DNA of 64,000 nucleotides from Collinsella sp. (GTDB taxonomy: Bacteria > Actinomycetota > Coriobacteriia > Coriobacteriales > Coriobacteriaceae), in contig WGSL01000002.1 of the NCBI GenBank assembly GCA_014871665.1, forward strand, positions 144 to 64,143, written 5' to 3'. Shown in pieces: positions 29,706 to 38,895 of the stretch. The position numbers were made by a program, and so were the translations under genes. Numbering within the stretch: the stretch's first letter is position 1; each line of letters starts with the position of its first letter. The notes below the pieces were generated by a model. That model searched no databases, was not told where the DNA came from, and saw only the letters and a list, made by a program, of their open reading frames with translations.

Positions 29706-31028
29706 ATGGCCTTCGAGAGCGTCAACTATCAATGCCCCGCGTGCGGCGGCCCCCTTCACTTTGCCAGTGCCGAGCAAAAGCTCGTCTGCGACTACTGCGA
29801 TTCTCGTTTTGAAGTCGAAGAAGTCGAGGCCCTCTATCGCGAGCGCCAGGACAAGGCAGATGCCAAAGCCGATGCGGCAGCCGCAACGCCCAAGCCTGCT
29901 GTCGACGATGCCGTGCAGGAGCTGGCCCAAAACGCCGGCTACATCTGCTCGTCGTGCGGCGCCGAGCTCGTGTCCGACGGCACCGTCGCCGTCACCACCT
30001 GCCCGTACTGCGGCAACTCCGCCGTGGCGCCCGGTCAGCTCTCTGGCGACTTCTCGCCCGACCTGGTGATTCCGTTTAAGCTCGGGCGCGACGATGTCAC
30101 GACCGCACTCAAGGAACACTACAAGGGCAAGATCTTGCTGCCCAAGAGCTTTGTCACCGGCAACCACATCGACGAGGTCCAAGGTGTCTACGTACCGTTT
30201 TGGCTCTACGGCGCCCGCGTTGACGGCGAAGTGTACTTTGACGCGACCAACGAGACCGTGACCGAGGAATCCGACCGCACCGTCACGACCACCGACCACT
30301 ACGATGCCTATCGCAAGGGCAATATCTCGTTTAAGCGCGTGCCCGTCGACGGATCGTCCAAGATGCCCGACGGCCACATGGACGCCATCGAGCCGTTTGA
30401 CTACGACGCGCTGCGCCCGTTCTCGGTCGCATATATGCCCGGCTACATCGCCAACCGTTACGACGAGGACTGCGAGACCTGCAAGGCGCGCGCCGAGCGC
30501 CGCATGGAAGAAAGCACGATCTCGGCCCTGCGCGAGACCGTCGTCGACGAATACGACGATGCCACGGTCGAAAGCAAGCAGCTCGACTACACCTGGGAAG
30601 ACAGCGACTACGCCCTGTTCCCCGTCTGGATGCTCTCCACCTCGTGGAACGGCAAGAGCTACCTGTTTGCCATGAACGGCCAGACCGGCCGCCTGGTCGG
30701 CGAGCTCCCCTGCTCCAAGCCCAAGCTCGCCATCGCCTCGGTGCTGTTCTTCGTGATCGGATTTATCCTCTCCCAGATTCTCTTTATGGGTGAGAACGCC
30801 TTCGATCCGGATTACCTCACCTTTGATATCGAGGGCATCCTCATCAACATCATCGCGCCGCTGATCATCGTGATTATCGGAGACGTGCTACTGGTAGGCC
30901 AGCTCAAGACGGCCAACGAAGCAACCCATGCCGATGAGTATTGTGGCGAGCTCGACCTGACCGAGAAGCACGACACCTTCAGCCACACCGAGACCACCGT
31001 TGTCATGAAAGACGACAAGGACGACTAA
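29706..31028 (+). CDS. Double zinc-ribbon membrane protein (YdjG-like)
   Basis: 440 aa with CPACG...CDYC and CSSCG...CPYCG, a central soluble domain and two C-terminal TM helices. Confidence 0.6.
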   Translation: MAFESVNYQCPACGGPLHFASAEQKLVCDYCDSRFEVEEVEALYRERQDKADAKADAAAATPKPAVDDAVQELAQNAGYICSSCGAELVSDGTVAVTTCPYCGNSAVAPGQLSGDFSPDLVIPFKLGRDDVTTALKEHYKGKILLPKSFVTGNHIDEVQGVYVPFWLYGARVDGEVYFDATNETVTEESDRTVTTTDHYDAYRKGNISFKRVPVDGSSKMPDGHMDAIEPFDYDALRPFSVAYMPGYIANRYDEDCETCKARAERRMEESTISALRETVVDEYDDATVESKQLDYTWEDSDYALFPVWMLSTSWNGKSYLFAMNGQTGRLVGELPCSKPKLAIASVLFFVIGFILSQILFMGENAFDPDYLTFDIEGILINIIAPLIIVIIGDVLLVGQLKTANEATHADEYCGELDLTEKHDTFSHTETTVVMKDDKDD

Positions 31029-31076
31029 GCAATCCAACCAATACCGCCCGGCCTTTGACGAGAAAGGAAGATCACC

Positions 31077-32315
31077 ATGGGACTCTTGAAAGCTGGATTG
31101 GGAGCTGCCGGCGGCGTCATGGCCGACCAGTGGAAGGAATTTATCTACTGCGAATCGATGCCTGCTGACGTCTTGGCCTGCAAGGGCAGCAAACGCACCG
31201 GTGGCCGCAGCTCCAACACGCGCGGCGAGGACAACGTCATCTCCAACGGCTCCGTCATCGCCGTCAACGACGGCCAGGGCATGCTCGTGGTGCAAAACGG
31301 CAAGATCATCGAAGTCGCGCTGGAGCCCGGCGAGTTCGTCTTCGATACCGGCAGCGAGCCGAGCGTCTTTAGCGGCAACCTGGGCGATTCCATCAAGGAG
31401 ACCTTCGCCAATATCGGCAGCCGCTTTACCTTTGGCGGCGACGCGGGCAAGGACCAGCGTGTCTACTTCATCAACACCAAGGAGATCATCGGCAACAAGT
31501 ACGGCACCGCCTCGCCCGTGCCCTTCCGCGTGGTCGATAACAACATCGGTCTGGACGTCGACATCTCCGTGCGCTGCAACGGCGAGTATTCGTACCGCAT
31601 CACCAACCCGCTGCTGTTCTACACCAACGTATGCGGCAACGTGACCGATGGCTACACGCGCGACAAGATCGACAGCCAGCTTAAGTCCGAGCTGCTCACC
31701 GCCCTGCAGCCCGCCTTTGCCAAGATCTCGGAGATGGGCATCCGCTACAGTGCCATCCCCGGCCACACCACCGAGCTCGCCCGCGCGCTCAACGAGGTCC
31801 TCTCCGCCGACTGGCGCGACCTGCGCGGCGTCGAGATCGTGAGCTTTGGCGTCAACTCCATCGCCGCCTCGCAAGAAGACGAGCAGATGATCAAGGACCT
31901 GCAGAAAGCCGCGGTCATGCGCGATCCCACTATGGCGGCAGCCAACATTGCCAGCGCCCAGAGCGACGCAATGCGCGCGGCAGCCGCCAACCCCAACGGC
32001 GCGATGGCAGGCTTTATGGGCATGGGCATGGCAGGTGGCATGGGCGGCATGAACGCCAGCCAGCTGTTCGCCGCCGGCCAGGCACAGCAGCAGGCCGCCC
32101 CGCAGCCGGCTCCGGCACCCGCTCCCGCACCGGTTCCCGCCGCACCTGCGGCCGGCGCATGGACCTGCAGCTGCGGCGCCACCAACACCGGCAAGTTCTG
32201 CTCCGAGTGCGGCAGCCCCGCACCTGCCCCGGCGCCGGCCAAGTGGTTCTGCCCCAACTGCGGCAGCGAAAACGGCGGCAAGTTCTGCAGCAACTGCGGA
32301 ACGCCCAGGCCCTAA
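31077..32315 (+). CDS. SPFH/Band-7 family protein (YdjI / COG4260-like) with C-terminal double zinc ribbon
   Basis: 412 aa beginning MGLLKAGLGAAGGVMADQWKEFIY. It has an SPFH-like core, a Gly/Met/Ala/Pro low-complexity linker, then CSCG...CSECG and CPNCG...CSNCG. Confidence 0.7.
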   Translation: MGLLKAGLGAAGGVMADQWKEFIYCESMPADVLACKGSKRTGGRSSNTRGEDNVISNGSVIAVNDGQGMLVVQNGKIIEVALEPGEFVFDTGSEPSVFSGNLGDSIKETFANIGSRFTFGGDAGKDQRVYFINTKEIIGNKYGTASPVPFRVVDNNIGLDVDISVRCNGEYSYRITNPLLFYTNVCGNVTDGYTRDKIDSQLKSELLTALQPAFAKISEMGIRYSAIPGHTTELARALNEVLSADWRDLRGVEIVSFGVNSIAASQEDEQMIKDLQKAAVMRDPTMAAANIASAQSDAMRAAAANPNGAMAGFMGMGMAGGMGGMNASQLFAAGQAQQQAAPQPAPAPAPAPVPAAPAAGAWTCSCGATNTGKFCSECGSPAPAPAPAKWFCPNCGSENGGKFCSNCGTPRP

Positions 32316-32396
32316 CCCCTCTATCTGGTAATTGGCGGGGAGGTCCGCCACCCCCGCATTTGCTTCTATGGGTTTCGTTCGATAAAGGAGGACACC

Positions 32397-33239
32397 ATGA
32401 GGACAACGTTCAAAAAATCCGTACTCGCATTCCTGACATGCGTCCTGGCACTCGCCTTTGCCCTGACGGGCTGCAGCGGCGGCGGCAAAGACCCCAAGGC
32501 CAACTTCGTCGGCAGCTGGCAGTACTCGGGTGGAACCTTGGATGGCGAAGAGCTCACCGATGAGTACATGGATATGCTCAAGGAGTGGGGCCTCAACTGC
32601 GTCCTGATCCTCGACGAGGACGGCACAGGCGTCCTCGATATGTTCCTTGAGGTCGCCGACCTGAAATGGGAAGCCAAGGACGCCACCACCGTAACGATCA
32701 CCGCCGAAGATGAGTCGCACGACCTGAAGCTCAAGGACGACAAGCTCGTCCTCGAGGTGGAAGGCGACAAGCTTATCTTTACGAAGTCCGACAAGGATCT
32801 GTCCGGTACGGTGAAGAAGGATCGCGAGAACGCCGAGAAGGAAGAAGAGATCGATGAGGCCGTCGAAGACGAAGATGTCCAGAGCGTCGAAATCTCCCCC
32901 GCCGTCACCGTCGCCGATGACGATCTGTGCACCATCACCATCACCGAGAAGTTCAAGGACGACTGGGGCGACATCGGCTTTGTCGTCAACATCACCAACA
33001 AGAGCGACAAGGACCTGACCTTCTACGCTCCTTCCGGCAAGACCAACGTCAACGGCACCATGAAGGAACCCTGGTTCTCGGCTCACCTGATGCCCGGCAC
33101 CAACGCCACCGAGGAATTCACGTTCTCGAGCGGCGAGCTTGACAGCCTTGACGACCTCGTCAATACGACCATCGGCATCGACGCCTACCTGACCGATTCC
33201 TATGAGGACGTCGCCTCCTACACCGCGACCATCGCGTAG
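32397..33239 (+). CDS. Lipoprotein, unknown function
   Basis: The signal peptide and lipobox read LALAFALTGC. The middle region is acidic. Confidence 0.7.
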   Translation: MRTTFKKSVLAFLTCVLALAFALTGCSGGGKDPKANFVGSWQYSGGTLDGEELTDEYMDMLKEWGLNCVLILDEDGTGVLDMFLEVADLKWEAKDATTVTITAEDESHDLKLKDDKLVLEVEGDKLIFTKSDKDLSGTVKKDRENAEKEEEIDEAVEDEDVQSVEISPAVTVADDDLCTITITEKFKDDWGDIGFVVNITNKSDKDLTFYAPSGKTNVNGTMKEPWFSAHLMPGTNATEEFTFSSGELDSLDDLVNTTIGIDAYLTDSYEDVASYTATIA

Positions 33240-33289
33240 CGGCACGTAACATCAGCCGCGGATTGGCGGACACATCCGCGCACTTGCCA

Positions 33290-33324
33290 GGCGGGGCCGC
33301 AGGAGTTGATCCTGCGGCCCCGCC
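33290..33324. terminator. Bidirectional hairpin terminator
   Basis: GGCGGGGCCGCAGGA-gttg-ATCCTGCGGCCCCGCC followed by gcttta, between convergent genes. Confidence 0.6.
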
Positions 33325-33349
33325 GCTTTATGCCGATGCGTAACGAGCG

Positions 33350-33970
33350 CTAGCGCTCCATGTTGGGAACGATGCTGCCCTCCGTTACTGCGCGCACGGC
33401 CAAGCGCATGATGTTGTCGTAGCCGGTCTTATTGAGAATCTCCGAGATGCGGCGTTTGATGGTGCCCTCGCTCATAAACAGCTCGGCCGCGATCTCGCGG
33501 CGGCTTTTACCCTCGCAGGCAAGGCGCAAGATCGACAGCTCGACATCGTCGAGGGCCGCCGTGCCCGAGAAGATGCTCTCGGGCGGCTTGGGAAACGTGC
33601 AGTAACCCGCCAGCGTGGAGCGCATCACGGCGAAAAGCTCGTCGATACCGACGTTCTTGTACACAAAGCTGTCGACGCCCGCCTCGCGTGCCTGGTCCAC
33701 AAAGGTGATTTCGGGCATACCCGTCATGATAATGACGCGGCACTCGGGCAGTTGTTCTTTGATGCGCGCCGCCGCCACGATGCCGTTGGAATCGTGCTCG
33801 GTGCACACGTCCATCAGTATCATGTCCGGGCGCTCCTTAAGCACAACGTCCAAGGCATCCGAGGCGTCGGCGATCGCGGCAACAACCGTCATGTCGGGCT
33901 GGTCACCGACGGAGCGCGCGAGGCTCTCGCGCAAGATAGCCTGGTCTTCGACGATTAACACGCGAATCAT
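33350..33970 (-). CDS. NarL/FixJ-family response regulator
   Basis: 206 aa with a receiver domain (VLIVEDQ ... ILMDV) and a LuxR-type HTH (SRREIAAELFMSEGTIKRRISEILNK). Confidence 0.9.
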   Translation of the reverse strand: MIRVLIVEDQAILRESLARSVGDQPDMTVVAAIADASDALDVVLKERPDMILMDVCTEHDSNGIVAAARIKEQLPECRVIIMTGMPEITFVDQAREAGVDSFVYKNVGIDELFAVMRSTLAGYCTFPKPPESIFSGTAALDDVELSILRLACEGKSRREIAAELFMSEGTIKRRISEILNKTGYDNIMRLAVRAVTEGSIVPNMER

Positions 33971-35466
33971 GAACTACTCCTTTGGGCCGTGGCGCTGGAG
34001 GCGAGCGGGATGGACACCGTAAGCGTGAAGGGCGGGGCGGTGTGGACTTCCAGGCTGCCGCCCAGATTCTGTGCGACATGCCTCATACCTGGGATACCCG
34101 TTCCCTCGCGATACGATACGGGTGCAGGCGCGCCGTCGTTAGAAACGACCATCCGCGCGACAGCGCTGCCTTCCGACGTCTCCCGCCACAGGCGCACATG
34201 GACCCGATGGGCCTGTGCATGCTTGGTGGCATTGGTCGAGGCTTCGCGGATAATCTGCAGAAAGGCTGCGGCGACACGCGCGTCCTCAGGCAGCTCGCCC
34301 TCCACATCGATCTGCACGCTCACCAGGCCAAAGGCATGGACGATATCGCCCAGTTGCTCTGTCGGTTCGGTGTCGCCCCCACTGCGCAGATCGGCAGCGA
34401 TTGAGCGCAGCAGCGGGTCGATCTGCTCGAGTGACTCGTCATCCAGGCGCCCCTCCTCCAGATAACGATGGAGGATGGACAGGCGCTGCCCGATCACGTC
34501 GTGCACGCGAGCGCGCATACGCAGATAGGCCGCATTGTCAGCAACTTTTTTGACTTCTTCGATCTGGGCTTGGAGCTCTTGGCCCGCAAGCTCAAGCAGG
34601 TGGTTGGCTTGCGCCAGGCGATCATGAGCATGCGCATACTCTGTTACATCCAGGCCGATAATGCGCTCAAAGAGGCGGCCCGAAACCATAACGTCATCGT
34701 GCACAAACAAGCGAATCTCGGCGGGAGAAACCTCGACCACCGCCCGCGCCTCACCAAAGCGGTCCAGATTAATCCGCACACGGTTCTGGCTGCTTTCGGG
34801 CATTTGCATGCTGAGTTTGCGCAGGTCGTTCCATGTGCCGCTCATATCGCCTAGGTCGGTGGGCATATGAAGTTCCACCAGGTTTCTGCGCATGCAGCGG
34901 TTCATGAGCAGCGGACGGCCCCTCGGGTCCAGATACAGGATGCCCACGGGAATCACGTTGATGGTCTCGATCGTCGAGAACGCGGTGATATCCTCCTGGC
35001 GGTTACGGACGTCCATCAAGAGCGCCGCGATGGAACGGAACAGGAAGAACGCTCCCTCTGCGATAAGGACAACGGTCCACGCCGAGCCCATGGCAAAAAC
35101 CACCGGCGGTGTAACGGCGACAACAAGCAGCAGCTCGACCAGCATGACGGGGCGACGATAGCGCACCATAAGCACCACGCCATAGGCAAAGATTGCGGCA
35201 TTGAGCCACAGCACTCCGCCCATTGCCCTGGCGCAAACGTCAAGCGGCGCCACCAGATACGAGCCAGACGACGCGAACAGGATAAGCGCCGAAACCACCA
35301 GGTGGAGCACGAGGCTCGCCTCGTAGGCGCAAATCACCTTACGGTTATAGGACGAGCGGCGCGATGAAATGAGCGGGACGTGGATCGTCTGCAGACACGC
35401 AGCCAGGGCAAAGACAACATCGAGCGCAACGATTTGGGGAAGGATGAGCGAAATCTGCATCGTCAC
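33967..35466 (-). CDS. Membrane sensor histidine kinase (HisKA_3 type)
   Basis: 499 aa with N-terminal TM helices, the H-box RMRARVHDVIGQRLS and an HATPase (REASTNATKHA ... GTGIPGMR). It overlaps the regulator by 4 nt. Confidence 0.85.
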   Translation of the reverse strand: MTMQISLILPQIVALDVVFALAACLQTIHVPLISSRRSSYNRKVICAYEASLVLHLVVSALILFASSGSYLVAPLDVCARAMGGVLWLNAAIFAYGVVLMVRYRRPVMLVELLLVVAVTPPVVFAMGSAWTVVLIAEGAFFLFRSIAALLMDVRNRQEDITAFSTIETINVIPVGILYLDPRGRPLLMNRCMRRNLVELHMPTDLGDMSGTWNDLRKLSMQMPESSQNRVRINLDRFGEARAVVEVSPAEIRLFVHDDVMVSGRLFERIIGLDVTEYAHAHDRLAQANHLLELAGQELQAQIEEVKKVADNAAYLRMRARVHDVIGQRLSILHRYLEEGRLDDESLEQIDPLLRSIAADLRSGGDTEPTEQLGDIVHAFGLVSVQIDVEGELPEDARVAAAFLQIIREASTNATKHAQAHRVHVRLWRETSEGSAVARMVVSNDGAPAPVSYREGTGIPGMRHVAQNLGGSLEVHTAPPFTLTVSIPLASSATAQRSSS

Positions 35467-37262
35467 TCACCCGCCCTCGGCATCAACACGATCATACGCA
35501 ACTGGCCGGGTTCGCCCTCAAGGCGGTATGCCACGTTGCGCCTTTGCAGAGCGCTTTCGAGCTCTTGCGCAGCGGGCGTCTGCGAAAGATCTGCATCATC
35601 GTTGGAAAAAAGCGTGGCGCGCAGCTCGACACTGCATCGGTCATGGTCGCCCAAGTGATACATAAGCGCCGGATGGTCGGTGGTGTAGGCAAAAAACGCA
35701 AAGTCATACACGCAGTCGTACAGGGCGCTTACCGTACTGGCGTGCATCGGGCGCCGTATGGCGATAATCGAGGCGCAATCGATATCGATGGTGCGCAGGT
35801 CGCTTGCGAGCTCGTTGGCAATGAGCTGAATGCGGTCGCGATCAAAACCGCTCTCCCCGTGCTGTGCCAACGTGAGCGACCCCTTGCGCTTGCAATAGGC
35901 GACGAGCATCTTGGCGCGCTGCAGCATGCGGTAGCGCTCGTGCGAAGACGCTTCGTCGGTCAACGGCGGCAGCGAGCTCAGCAGGTCGTACATCCCTTCG
36001 AGCGCGCGGGCAAGCGCCTGGTCCACGTCTTGGACCAGCAGGGTCTCGGCCTCTTGATCTGCCAAATGCGTCTTAAGGTCGTAGTCGGCGGCGAGCAGCT
36101 CGTTTTGACGCTGCAACTCCATGCGACGATGTGCCAGTTCACGGTTAAGCTCGTTGAGCTCCGACACGTCTTGGGCAAGCAGGGCCGATCCGCCCAGCAG
36201 TGGGAAGGCACGGTACATTACATCGGGATCGGACGCCACGGCAAAGGCATGGGCGCGGCCGTGCTCCTGGACCCGCAACTCCTCGCGCACGCCCACCGGC
36301 ATTGGCTTTGACACTGGCGTGGCATAGACTTCCTGCAGGTCGCGCGTTAGAACTTTGAGGTCAAGCGGCAAGGTGTCAAAGATGCCGGCAATGTCGTGAT
36401 ATGACGGAATGACACCGCAATCGAGACAGATTTCCATCGCCACCACGCACAGAACGCAATAGACGAGCGAAAAGTTGAGCTTCCATGCCCAGGGCACGCG
36501 CAACGCATACGAGATGGCAAAGAATGCGCCACCCAGCAGTACGAGCGCCGCCGTACCCGAGAAACGCTGGATGCGAAAGGACGAGGACCGACCAACCAGG
36601 ATAAAAAAGGCCACGAAGTTAAAGGCCGTCCACACTAAGACGGCGAAATAACCCCAGCCGTACGTGTAATCGTTGCTCCAGGTGTCGCTTGTACGGTCAA
36701 AGCGGAAGACCTGCTGGTGAAAATCGTTGGTGAGCACAAATCCGATAAGCAGGATGGCCACAATCCACAGCGCAGCGCAGTAGCGGCGACCCAGGCGGTG
36801 TTGCTCCAGGCCCGCAAGGCGCAGACCACACAACTGGTAGAGCAGTGGAATGAGCGTCATGGGCACGTAGTACAGGTACCACAGCACGGTGGCATAGAAC
36901 GGCGTGAACGACTTGTACTTGAGAATGACTTCGATCATCCACAGGGCGCAGATGGTGGCGATGGCAACAAGGCGGCGGCGCAACACATAGTCCAAACAGC
37001 GCAGATAGACCGATACGCCCCAGATCGAAAATGCAATTGCGGCAACAAGCAACGGCAGAGAGCTCGAATGGACGAGCGCATCCACGACCTCTTCGGACAC
37101 CTCGCTATAGGCGGGCACGGCGTTAGAAAGTTTGAGGTCGAAGGCGAACAGCGCCGGCAAGACTGCCAAAAGCATGAGGAACAGTGCGGTGATGGCGCCG
37201 GCGATAGCGAAGACGCGGTGACGGTACGCCTGATGTGTTATGCCAACAAGGAATCGCGGCAT
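35463..37262 (-). CDS. Polytopic membrane sensor-like protein with coiled coil and degenerate kinase-like C-terminus
   Basis: It overlaps the downstream kinase by 4 nt (ATGA). It has about 7 TM helices and a coiled coil ELNELNRELAHRRMELQRQNELL, with no recognisable H, N or G boxes. The start is placed at ATG 37262 because the upstream part of the tracked ORF is Arg/Gly/Pro-rich and covers a hairpin repeat. Confidence 0.55.
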   Translation of the reverse strand: MPRFLVGITHQAYRHRVFAIAGAITALFLMLLAVLPALFAFDLKLSNAVPAYSEVSEEVVDALVHSSSLPLLVAAIAFSIWGVSVYLRCLDYVLRRRLVAIATICALWMIEVILKYKSFTPFYATVLWYLYYVPMTLIPLLYQLCGLRLAGLEQHRLGRRYCAALWIVAILLIGFVLTNDFHQQVFRFDRTSDTWSNDYTYGWGYFAVLVWTAFNFVAFFILVGRSSSFRIQRFSGTAALVLLGGAFFAISYALRVPWAWKLNFSLVYCVLCVVAMEICLDCGVIPSYHDIAGIFDTLPLDLKVLTRDLQEVYATPVSKPMPVGVREELRVQEHGRAHAFAVASDPDVMYRAFPLLGGSALLAQDVSELNELNRELAHRRMELQRQNELLAADYDLKTHLADQEAETLLVQDVDQALARALEGMYDLLSSLPPLTDEASSHERYRMLQRAKMLVAYCKRKGSLTLAQHGESGFDRDRIQLIANELASDLRTIDIDCASIIAIRRPMHASTVSALYDCVYDFAFFAYTTDHPALMYHLGDHDRCSVELRATLFSNDDADLSQTPAAQELESALQRRNVAYRLEGEPGQLRMIVLMPRAGE

Positions 37263-37461
37263 GGCGAAGAGCCTGCCGCCCCTGGGATCCGCCACGGGTG
37301 CGGATCGGGCGGCCGCGTGGCCGATATGTCGCTCGCGGGTACCCATAGTGCTTTTAGTGTACCGACAGATGGGTCGAAAAAGCGGGCCGCATGTCCCAAA
37401 ATCCGCAGACGGCAAGGCGCCCGGCAGCCTCCCCCGTCTGGCACTTCCCGATATCCGCCCG

Positions 37462-37508
37462 CCCCAAACCACCGCAAAGGGGACAGGCACCTTTGTGGTG
37501 GTTTGGGG
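37462..37508 (+). repeat. E-type hairpin repeat, copy 2
   Basis: ccccaaaccaccgcaaagg-ggacaggca-cctttgtggtggtttgggg forms a 19-bp stem with one G-U on the plus strand. It lies just downstream of the DUF4867-like gene. Confidence 0.7.
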
Positions 37509-37515
37509 CGATGTG

Positions 37516-38166
37516 CTAGTCCACGGTGATGTCGAGGTTTTTGCCGATGAGGCCTACGTAGCCGCCCTCGGCTGCCTTGGGGCTGTCAGCATGGCAGAGA
37601 ACCCACTTGTCGGCCTTCCAGTAGCAGTAGCCGTCACCGGCGGCAGGCATGTCGGCTGCAGCCTCGGGGCGCGGGCCGTTGGTGCCGGCGGGCAGCGCCA
37701 CCATCACCTGGAAGCCGCCGTCGTCGACCATGCACGGCGTGTAGTGGAGCGTGGTGTTGAAAACCTCAACAAGCGTGCCGGCCGGCACGCGGAACGCCTT
37801 GACGCACGCGGTGTCGAGCTTGCCGTCCTCGATCTCCCAACGATGCGCCACGAGCAGGATAAAGTCGCGGGCGCCCAGGTTGAATTCGCTGGCGCGGTGA
37901 TACTCCAGGCAGTTGAGCTGCGTGTTGTGGCCGTTGCACCAGCCGAGCTGGAAGGGACGGCCGCCAAACATGAGAAAGCCCAGTTTATCGGCATCTTTGA
38001 CGCCCTCGAGCTCCGGCGCGCTTGCTACGTACTTGCTGCCCTCGGGAATGGGCGTGGCTGAGAGCGCCTCGAGCACGGGCGACGTAAGCTCAGACGGAAC
38101 GTCATCCCAAACGTTGCCATAGGATTTGAACTCGGGATCGTTGACAGAGTAGATATGCATGTTCAC
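37516..38166 (-). CDS. Cupin-like protein (DUF4867-like)
   Basis: 216 aa. The family assignment is from memory of similar sequences next to sugar or luxS genes, and the function is unknown. Confidence 0.5.
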   Translation of the reverse strand: MNMHIYSVNDPEFKSYGNVWDDVPSELTSPVLEALSATPIPEGSKYVASAPELEGVKDADKLGFLMFGGRPFQLGWCNGHNTQLNCLEYHRASEFNLGARDFILLVAHRWEIEDGKLDTACVKAFRVPAGTLVEVFNTTLHYTPCMVDDGGFQVMVALPAGTNGPRPEAAADMPAAGDGYCYWKADKWVLCHADSPKAAEGGYVGLIGKNLDITVD

Positions 38167-38304
38167 TCCTGTTCGTAAATGTGACTATACGAACATTCTA
38201 GAACAAACATGAGCGATTTTGAACGCTCGTCCCGACCAATCAACAAAAAGGCGCCCCCGCATAAGCGAAGGCGCCCAATGCGCGCGTTTTGGGCGATAAA
38301 GCCC

Positions 38305-38793
38305 TTACGCCTGCTGATAGTGCAGGTGCTTCTCGTCGATATCGGCCAGGTCGCGGTCGAGGTAGCGGCGCGCAAGCCAGTTGGCCATGGGGAGGTTCTG
38401 GTCCAGGTAGTTACCGCACTCCTCGGGAGCGGCACCGGGGACATCGCCCTCAAAGCCGGCGACAAACTCGAACAGCTCACGCACGAGCGGCAGGATCTCC
38501 TCGCTCGTCACCTCGCCAAACACAACCAGGTAAAAGCCCGTGCGGCAGCCCATGGGGCCAAAGTAGACAATGCGGCCCGACCACTCGGCATTATTGCGAA
38601 GGAACGTCGCGCCCAGGTGCTCGATGGTGTGGCACTCGGCCGTGTTCATGACCGGCTCCTTGTTGGGCGTGGTCAGGCGCAGGTCAAAGGTGGTGACGGC
38701 GGCCCCGGTCGCCGGATCGCGGTCGATGCGGCTCACATACACGCCGGGCTCAAGCAACAGATGGTCAACGGAAAAGCTCGCAATGCGCTCCAT
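38305..38793 (-). CDS. luxS: S-ribosylhomocysteine lyase
   Basis: 162 aa with HTIEHL and GCRTGFY motifs. Confidence 0.93.
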   Translation of the reverse strand: MERIASFSVDHLLLEPGVYVSRIDRDPATGAAVTTFDLRLTTPNKEPVMNTAECHTIEHLGATFLRNNAEWSGRIVYFGPMGCRTGFYLVVFGEVTSEEILPLVRELFEFVAGFEGDVPGAAPEECGNYLDQNLPMANWLARRYLDRDLADIDEKHLHYQQA

Positions 38794-38895
38794 GGCAGAT
38801 CCTCTCGGTAGTCAATTTGGGACGGGCTCTTTTAGCTGGTTCGAATGGTCGCACCAATCATAACAGTCAAAAAAGCCCCGTCCCAAAAAGACAAC

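Noticed and set aside
30888-33245. 785-aa minus-strand ORF opposite the SPFH and lipoprotein genes
   Set aside because: Same reasoning as the other shadow ORFs. The plus-strand genes have RBSs, signal peptides and recognisable domains, while the antisense translation is low-complexity.
37263-37490. N-terminal extension of the membrane sensor-like ORF
   Set aside because: The translation is Arg/Gly/Pro-rich and would run through the E-type hairpin repeat. The hydrophobic protein body starts near ATG 37262.
38835-38860. tRNA-like T-loop string ggttcgaatgg
   Set aside because: There are no matching T-stem, acceptor stem or anticodon arm around it. It lies in the luxS upstream region.
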